Assembly (NCBI GenBank): GCA_016180645.1
Contig: JACPAV010000010.1
Coordinates: forward strand, 1 to 64,000
Source of the DNA: Nitrospirota bacterium
GTDB taxonomy: Bacteria > JACPQY01
Direction of reading: 5' to 3'
DNA length: 64,000 nucleotides
The stretch's first letter is position 1; the number at the start of each line of letters is the position of its first letter. A program made the translations under genes and the position numbers. This document shows positions 58,401 through 64,000 of this stretch, piece by piece. The notes under the pieces were generated by a model. The model was not told the DNA's origin, did not search any database, and worked only from the letters and a program-made list of their open reading frames with translations.

Positions 58401-58891
58401 ACAGTTTTGCGAAAGACAAGGACCACAGCCTGATCGTGGTGGCCGGCGGCGACCTGTTTACCGCCCAAGGGTTGGGCATGGAGAGCTTCGTGTGCAGTGG
58501 AGTTGATTTCAACTCCATTTGCGCCTTCCTCCTGAACATCGGTTGCTTCAACACCGGCATGTTCGACGGCAAGGCCAACTACGGCGTGATCTATTCCAAC
58601 GGGAAGGCCGGGTACGAAGAATCTTCGATCTTCAACGCCAATGCGATCCGGTCGAACGGAAACCTGATGGTTCGGCATATGGTCTCTCCCACCGACGTGT
58701 TCGACAGCCTTGAGGGATTCTGCAATTTCTTCGGGTTCAGTTGCACCGTCTACAACGAGCCGTGCATCAAGATCAACGAACAGCTCTGCGGCGGCGCGGA
58801 CTGCCGGTACGACGAGAAGCTCCAGCAGTTGGGATTCCCGATCCAACAACTCGTTCAACTCGTTCAAGTCATCTCGAATTCGCCCCTATAG
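55430..58891 (+). CDS. Large PilX-like minor pilin with Cys-rich extracellular extension (1,153 aa)
   Basis: NQKG/FVLILVLMMLAV without Glu5; TGATG overlap; beta-solenoid-like GNL/GD repeats and Cys clusters. Confidence 0.85.
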   Translation: MSARDTLGNQKGFVLILVLMMLAVTTVMMTAAGGEAVHWHKTINAEQDKMFGKSNRLSKMAAISMIYSRLMGSHKYASGETQTGFQSAVNYIQGKPKSEYASNLVASGNGQTFTDLTVGVNLSGTTKNLGNGFLIKCDQDVENWRNSEGGNVSASYRVRNSVDIRKPADPTLNPDPDAGTIMRTLLGIGLTVEICRQDGCSESLTAQSCDVVFTMAFLSPFDYPIFIEETLTWGSPAGATISWGDFTVDRGMAYFGAGAEDPNDLIALGEVFHTPKEKDRIACDPDTTSNCVFDNNSATVHGGDWPRVLNGSQEHDIDNHVMKIPFPEACKKPPDSVGSIGKECYKPFTDLMNCIDNCKNPPGCGTRFDNGGIDGMISCKWDDNSNGTIEYSEPYTDDTTVASIGAGWAWTAALPTFNGNVSDSNAGSVPNISLGCSSNTTWATIFDPLCLTGDGVISGSNTIQNLIINGNLDVTGSANPCTCPILGTTTCNGQCKCNPCSSCNGSCGLADLFGTGCNLTNPTCCIPCIPGCIRDVHCGYNVGGTVVVKGNARFRNHFKLNPGSRLYVLGNLEVYDANLSDEIRLCTILPCLEGQLMSLGVGKYDFHVWTKENSMIYVRGDAFIKGADVGPLTEATLMGYQLICSILNPILGLFGISCPTSSPYMLLGPRPNFGGETNLANTIKDDSLILVRGLTPTVRDTNANGNLADENPQTPEGNNLGDPGIWAPNNFTPANSAWHSVGHYKWKTRDLHDLVLKAGGRTRMDLHPGRVSDASVAYNNNTLAARGDLCCHAPCSKGSGTTDPIDFALDISESRKQAIQMTPIGSHVHRHAFDSNAANTSDNDSNMCAALSFPAAPNNCLAWQQDHEAEQYFGQPNNNNFTYWNGGGWAASAPIGGGCSTNTLNANYWGYSQPVFKGHADLELWSYGSPCIIGLPYQNMAVYGTIFSMGSIATNQTLVGLGNMVSMGPQVYPEHMSSMLVNDNNVCDDGYSFAKDKDHSLIVVAGGDLFTAQGLGMESFVCSGVDFNSICAFLLNIGCFNTGMFDGKANYGVIYSNGKAGYEESSIFNANAIRSNGNLMVRHMVSPTDVFDSLEGFCNFFGFSCTVYNEPCIKINEQLCGGADCRYDEKLQQLGFPIQQLVQLVQVISNSPL

Positions 58892-58895
58892 AAGT

Positions 58896-59459
58896 TTGAA
58901 ACGCAGCCGTCTGATTCTGGGGGTGGTCGCGGCCGCGGTGGTGGTCGCCATCGGCATCTATCTCGCCCAGCGGGCCGTTCGCGAAAGGGGGGAAGCGCCG
59001 CCGGTGGCCCAAGCTCCCGCGAAGCCGGCAGGGGAGCCGTCGGCCGTCCCGCCGATGACCCCCATCCCGACGCCGCCTAGACTCCCCGCGGGCGGAGGAG
59101 AGGCAGTGAAAAAACTCATGGAGCGCCCCTTCCCGGAGAATCTGGATCAGGCGTCTCGGGACGTGGAGAGAGACATCCGGGAGGCGTACAAGCAGACGAC
59201 CGGAATGCTGCCGCAGCAGGTGGCCGCCTCCATGGGCGAGAGGGACCCGGAATCACGCCGAAAGATGCTGGAGACATGCAAAGAACTGGAACGGCAAAAT
59301 CGGGAAGTCCCACAGCGATACGCCGATTCCCTGGCAGAGTGGAAGCGGATGGAGAAGACTGCGCCGGAGGAAGCCCAGAAGGCCAAGGGCGGACTCTACA
59401 TGAGTCTCTATCTGAATCGGCTGAACCATGAATACTGCAAGGGGATTCTCAGGCAATAG
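58896..59459 (+). CDS. Membrane-anchored hypothetical protein
   Basis: TTG start, KRSR + hydrophobic helix, Pro-rich linker, helical domain. Confidence 0.7.
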   Translation: MKRSRLILGVVAAAVVVAIGIYLAQRAVRERGEAPPVAQAPAKPAGEPSAVPPMTPIPTPPRLPAGGGEAVKKLMERPFPENLDQASRDVERDIREAYKQTTGMLPQQVAASMGERDPESRRKMLETCKELERQNREVPQRYADSLAEWKRMEKTAPEEAQKAKGGLYMSLYLNRLNHEYCKGILRQ

Positions 59460-61296
59460 AGCCGTTGGAGGTTTCTGCGCGGCTGCCTACGGGGTGTACT
59501 TGGTCCTGCTGCACCCCGATGTGGATTGGGGCGATTCGGGTGAGTTGATATCCGCCGCGCATCTCCTGGCGCCGGCGCACTTCCTGGGCTATCCCCTCTA
59601 TGTGATCCCCGCCAAGTTCTTTGCGCTCATGCCCCTGGGCTCCGCGGCCCTCCGTGTCAGCTGGTTTTCGGCACTCCTGGGAACCGCCACCTTGGGGGTG
59701 CTGATGATGGCGCTGATGCGATCGATCGGAAATCGAGAGTCCGGCTTGGCCGGGCGGATGAAACCGATGGTGCTCTGGGCGGTGGTCGGCCTGCTGGCGG
59801 CCGTGGGTCTCTCCCATGCCTTCATGGGCCAATCAATCCAGGCGGAGAACACACTGCCTGCCTTGCTCCTCTTGGCCTTGGGCCTCTGGTGCCTGCATGG
59901 GTCTGCCGGCGCCCACAGAGTGGGTTACGCCGTTTTCTCGTTCCTGGCCGCGTACCACCCGGCGCTCCTCCCCATTTCGCTCCTGGGCGGAGGCGTTCTG
60001 GCGTCCGGTTTCCCCAATGGCCGGCGACTCAGGGAGTTCGGCTTGTACATGGCCGTTCAAGCGGCCGCCATGAGCGTGAATCTGTTCCTCCTCGTCCGGT
60101 CCCAAGCCTCCGTGCCGCTCTCCTATGCCTTCGCGCGAACTCCCGCCGATTGGCTCTCTACTCTCCAGACCGGTTTTCGGAAATACTACGGCTCGGACCT
60201 TGTCCCCGTCCTGGCGGTCGATCGCGCCTCGGACTCCATCCAGGTCTTCCTCCCGCAGTTCGCCGCTGTGGTCACACCGCTGGCGCTCTACGGACTCTAT
60301 CGATTGATTCGTCGCTATTTTCGACTCTCCGCCCTGATGATTCCCATGCTCATTCTTTTTTCCGCGTTGGCGCTTCTCAATCCTTCCCAAGAACGCGAGG
60401 GGTACTCGCTGCTGATCGTCGTGGCGCTCCTGTGGCTGACGGGAGCGGGGCTGGTGGGAATCGCCTCCCTCCGGTGGAGACGTCCGGCCCTCGCCGCCGT
60501 ACTGCTCATCGGGGCGGGCGGCTGGCTCGCAGCCGCCTTCAACGTGTACGATCTTGCGAGAAAGGGAGTCTCCCAGAGTGAGATCGCCCGGCGGCTGGGG
60601 GAGGAGATTCTTGCGGAACTGGAAGGACGCGCCCTGTATGTCGCCGCAAATGAAAGGCTCGCCCTCGTGACGGAGTACATCCAGTTTGTCGAATTGCGCC
60701 GGCCGGACGTGGTGCTGGCCTATCTCCCGATGTTTTTCACCGAGGGCGGGGCCCGACGGGTGGAGGAGCGGCACCCGGATCTCCTGCCGCCTTTGGTCCG
60801 CCTTCCGGCGGGCCAGTTCTCCTGCGCCCTTCCCCTGTGGGACGTATACGTCTCGCAGCTCGTCGCCCGAAATATCGCTCGATTTCCCATTTACACGGAG
60901 ACCCATGCCGCATGGAGCTTCCCATCGCAGGTGGACGCACGGACGATGTCTGCATTCGTGAGGACGGGGGTTCGTGATTTCCGGGAGTACATCTACCTGG
61001 CGGCGGACGGTCTGACGGAGCAAAACCTTCCTTATCGATTCCTCCCCTCCAACCCAGTCGGAGGAAAGGAGTTTTCCAGGCGCGGGTTCCTGTACGCTTT
61101 TGGCGGGCCGGTGGCGCCGATTACGAAACGGAAGCTGCTTCGGATTTGGGAGACCGACCGCACCACACCCATCGACGAAGAGGTCTTGACTCAGACGCTC
61201 TACCAGTGGGCCGCCTATGACTTTGCCAAGGGGCGTTTGAGGGAGGCGGTGGACGGCTATCGCCTGGCGGGCTCCTCCTATCGAAGGACCACTTGA
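59428..61296 (+). CDS. DUF2723/TMEM260-like GT-C glycosyltransferase
   Basis: DWGDSGELISAA...AHFLGYPLY; many TM helices; late RRPDV motif. Confidence 0.85.
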   Translation: MNTARGFSGNRAVGGFCAAAYGVYLVLLHPDVDWGDSGELISAAHLLAPAHFLGYPLYVIPAKFFALMPLGSAALRVSWFSALLGTATLGVLMMALMRSIGNRESGLAGRMKPMVLWAVVGLLAAVGLSHAFMGQSIQAENTLPALLLLALGLWCLHGSAGAHRVGYAVFSFLAAYHPALLPISLLGGGVLASGFPNGRRLREFGLYMAVQAAAMSVNLFLLVRSQASVPLSYAFARTPADWLSTLQTGFRKYYGSDLVPVLAVDRASDSIQVFLPQFAAVVTPLALYGLYRLIRRYFRLSALMIPMLILFSALALLNPSQEREGYSLLIVVALLWLTGAGLVGIASLRWRRPALAAVLLIGAGGWLAAAFNVYDLARKGVSQSEIARRLGEEILAELEGRALYVAANERLALVTEYIQFVELRRPDVVLAYLPMFFTEGGARRVEERHPDLLPPLVRLPAGQFSCALPLWDVYVSQLVARNIARFPIYTETHAAWSFPSQVDARTMSAFVRTGVRDFREYIYLAADGLTEQNLPYRFLPSNPVGGKEFSRRGFLYAFGGPVAPITKRKLLRIWETDRTTPIDEEVLTQTLYQWAAYDFAKGRLREAVDGYRLAGSSYRRTT

Positions 61297-62048
61297 AAGG
61301 CTACCGTACCCTCGTCCTGCTCATAGTGCTCACCACCGTGGTCCTCATCGCGGCGGTGGCCCTCGGCATCCGGTCCCGAAGGGCGCTGCAGTCACTTCTC
61401 CCGGCAGCCACCCCTTCAATTCCGGCGGAAGCCCCCCGTCTGCCCAGTGCGCGGGCGCCCTCGGCTTCAACCCCTCAGGCGGATTCGACCCGGCGGACCT
61501 GGCCCGTGAGTGAGCCGGAGCCCGAGGGGCGAACGCAGGCGCCCGTCCCCGCGGAAGGCCCGGCCCCGGGGTCGGCCCCTCGCTGGGTCGTTCCGGGCCC
61601 CCCGGCCCCCTTCAGTCTCCCCACGGTGGACTGGGAGGCGCTCATGAACTTTATCGAACGCAGGATCGGCGAAACGGACCTGCGCTCCATGCCGCCGCCC
61701 GAACCCACGGATGCGGCACTGACGCAGCTCGGGGGACGCCTTGAAGCCGTGGCCAAGAAGGTGGTGGATTCGGACACGGGTCGGGACTTGGTTGAGTATT
61801 ACAAGAGCCTGGTCACCCTCGGCAGCATGCCGAGGGCATCCAATTTCACGGCCACCTTGAAAAAATCTCATGAAAAGTTCTTGGAGGAGGAGGCGGGTAA
61901 CTACATCAATGTCTCCCAGTACTACAAGCAGATCGGCAAGAACATCGGGCCGGATTGGGAAAGACTCAAAGAGGCCAAGCTGAAGCTCTGGGTGAACGCC
62001 TACGTCCATCTGCTGGCCGCGGACCTCGCGGCTTCACAAGGACAGTAA
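61293..62048 (+). CDS. Membrane-anchored hypothetical protein
   Basis: TTGA overlap; N-terminal TM, Pro-rich linker, helical C-domain. Confidence 0.7.
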   Translation: MKGYRTLVLLIVLTTVVLIAAVALGIRSRRALQSLLPAATPSIPAEAPRLPSARAPSASTPQADSTRRTWPVSEPEPEGRTQAPVPAEGPAPGSAPRWVVPGPPAPFSLPTVDWEALMNFIERRIGETDLRSMPPPEPTDAALTQLGGRLEAVAKKVVDSDTGRDLVEYYKSLVTLGSMPRASNFTATLKKSHEKFLEEEAGNYINVSQYYKQIGKNIGPDWERLKEAKLKLWVNAYVHLLAADLAASQGQ

Positions 62049-62064
62049 TCCTCTCCCGGGTACC

Positions 62065-63606
62065 TTGATCCTTCCGTTCTGGATCGTGCTGGGCGTGGTC
62101 TTGCGCCTCCTCGTCGTGCCTCCTGAACCCGGCTTCGATGAGGTGTGGAGGCTTCTTTCGGCCGAAGCACCATGGCCGGATCTCTGGAAACGATCGTTGC
62201 TCCTGCTCGGAGGCAACCCGGCCTACCCGGCCTTCTTGAAACTGTTTGGAATTGTCGACGAGGTCTCCCCCTGGAGTCGCTGGCCTGGAATCCTCGCCTT
62301 CATGATGGGCATGTGGATGGCTTGGAGGATTTTTCGCCGTTGGTTCGGAAGTCGCATCGCCCAATGGACACTGGTGGCCCTCGCGCTAAGTCCCTTCCAA
62401 GTGTTCCACGGTGTTTCGTTGAAGGAGTATTCGATCCTTCTGCCGGTCACTCTCTTGGGGACCTGGCTGGGATGGGAAGCCGCGCAGCCCGGCGGCAGGC
62501 GAGGGTGGACGTGGTGCGCGCTTGCCGCGACGGAGGTGCTTGGAGTCCTTCTCGCGTTGCCCACGGCGTGGTTCTGGCTGGCCCTCGGAATCGCTCAGGT
62601 GATCGTGCATGGCGTGCGCGGATTCCGATGGAGAAGCTGGATGGCGGCCCATGCCCCGGCCGCCCTGCTGGCGGGATGGACCATTGCTACGTGGAGCCAG
62701 GGCTACCTGCCAGGTTTCCTCCATTTCGGCGGAACCGTCCGAAACGACGTCCTCAAATGGGCGACAGACCTCGTGGTGTACGTGCAGGTGTGGGTGTGGG
62801 ATCCGCCGGCCCGCGTTCAACTGGGGCTCAGGGGAACCCCGCTCCCCGGAGGAGTGTTCACGGCCTATCACCTCCTTTGGTTCCTCAAACACATCCTGCC
62901 ATGGCTGCTCGGACTTCCCATCCTTCTCCTCGGCTTCTTCGGCTGGCGGCGCGGCGCGCCCGTGCAACGGAGCAGCGGAGTTCTTGGATGGTGCTTCATG
63001 CTTGCCGTGGGCCCCGTTCTCGCCTACGGGATCTTTTTCGCGATCCTCGGACATCCCCATCTCATGTACGCTCGGGTATTTTACGGCTCATCCCCTTGCT
63101 TGTATGTGCTTCTTTCAATCGGCGCTGCCCGGTTGAGTGGAGGCGCGAGGTGGGTGATGGCGCCCATCTTGGGCGCCGCCGGAATATCTCTGATTCTGAT
63201 GAGCTTGGGGAGACATCCGGACCAGGAAAGGCCGCTCGGACCGACTCTTCGAAAGTGGGCGTCGGAGCTCGGGAATGGCGAGGTCGCCGCCGTTTTCCCC
63301 TCGGAGGCCTTTCCGTATGTGCGAAAACTCCTCCCGGAACCGGCTCGAGACAGGATCCGTCCGACGGAGATGAGGGCCGCGCGAGCGGACCTCTCCTGGG
63401 GGCCGACGTTGGTCGACCCCCGATACATCGAGGACTTGTCCTCCTGGAGGGATCCGGATGTTCGTTGGCTCCTGGTTGTCCCGTGGGCGCTCCATTGGAA
63501 GGATCCGGAATTGTCGAGCCTGCAAGACGGGCCGGTCGAATGGGATCTCACCGTCGAGAGACCCAACCTTCGCATCTACCGCCGTCGACAGCTGGGGATG
63601 CCATGA
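62065..63606 (+). CDS. PMT/ArnT-like GT-C glycosyltransferase
   Basis: FDE motif after the first TM, NPAYPAFLK, ALSPFQVFHG..LKEYS; multi-TM. Confidence 0.82.
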   Translation: MILPFWIVLGVVLRLLVVPPEPGFDEVWRLLSAEAPWPDLWKRSLLLLGGNPAYPAFLKLFGIVDEVSPWSRWPGILAFMMGMWMAWRIFRRWFGSRIAQWTLVALALSPFQVFHGVSLKEYSILLPVTLLGTWLGWEAAQPGGRRGWTWCALAATEVLGVLLALPTAWFWLALGIAQVIVHGVRGFRWRSWMAAHAPAALLAGWTIATWSQGYLPGFLHFGGTVRNDVLKWATDLVVYVQVWVWDPPARVQLGLRGTPLPGGVFTAYHLLWFLKHILPWLLGLPILLLGFFGWRRGAPVQRSSGVLGWCFMLAVGPVLAYGIFFAILGHPHLMYARVFYGSSPCLYVLLSIGAARLSGGARWVMAPILGAAGISLILMSLGRHPDQERPLGPTLRKWASELGNGEVAAVFPSEAFPYVRKLLPEPARDRIRPTEMRAARADLSWGPTLVDPRYIEDLSSWRDPDVRWLLVVPWALHWKDPELSSLQDGPVEWDLTVERPNLRIYRRRQLGMP

Positions 63607-64000
63607 AGCGCGCGGCCCTGCTCGTGGTTCTCTTCATGTTGGGAGCCGGCGCGCGCGCGTTGTGGCTCCGGAGGGAGCCGACATTCGATGAGGTGTGGCG
63701 GCTTGAGGCGGCGAAAGCAAATGGGAGCGCCCTGTGGGGCGCCTCGGAGAAGCTGTTGGGTGGGAACGTCTTGTACCCGGCGGCCCTGAAGCTGTTTGGG
63801 ATCAGGTCCAAGGAAGGAGTGCGCCCCACACTCGTCATGCTGGCCGCCTTGAGCGCATCGATGGTCATGAGCTACCTCGTCTTCCAATCCATGTTCGGAC
63901 GGAGGGTGGCCACGGGGACGACGGCGCTGGTGGCCCTAAGCCCATTCCAGGTTGTCCATGGCGGTGAGCTGAAGGAGTATTCCCTCTTGCTCCCCTTCGC
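63603..64000 (+). CDS. Second PMT-like GT-C glycosyltransferase (3'-truncated, paralogue of 62065-63606)
   Basis: ATGA overlap; TFDEVWRL...LLGGNVLYPAALKLFGI...ALSPFQVVHGGELKEYS; open to the window end and absent from the ORF track. Confidence 0.85.
   Translation, partial: MKRAALLVVLFMLGAGARALWLRREPTFDEVWRLEAAKANGSALWGASEKLLGGNVLYPAALKLFGIRSKEGVRPTLVMLAALSASMVMSYLVFQSMFGRRVATGTTALVALSPFQVVHGGELKEYSLLLPF

Noticed and set aside
58846-58870. CAACTCGTT tandem repeat at the end of the PilX-like gene
   Set aside because: Period 9 and codon-aligned (LVQLVQ); not part of the period-7 class.

Overview
GC-rich bacterial chromosome segment dominated by type IV pilus and surface-adhesin genes. The pilMNOPQ-aroC order suggests a deltaproteobacterial/Myxococcota/Nitrospirota-type organism (inference). 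1-28.7 kb: a 5'-truncated giant (>8,180 aa) modular Cys-rich surface protein with a C-terminal beta-propeller, followed by two secreted partners. 28.8-32.7 kb: a Phd/VapC toxin-antitoxin pair and four MSHA-like minor pilins, one fused in frame to a four-helix-bundle (IVP/Avd-family) protein. 32.7-50.2 kb: truD, lysA, pilMNOPQ, aroC, a LolD-type ATPase, mnmA, mtaB, recO, argS and a SPOR protein. 50.3-64 kb: MNT/HEPN and Phd/VapC modules, a second pilin cluster with a 1,153-aa PilX, and three GT-C glycosyltransferases. The most unusual signal is about 19 short tandem arrays between 25 and 50 kb. They differ in sequence but almost all have 7-nt periodicity, often occur as inverted pairs, start at stop codons or cover start codons, and sit in frame in leader peptides, signal peptides and loops of essential genes. 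They also flank the four-helix-bundle gene. All alignments and family calls were made by eye; no searches were run.
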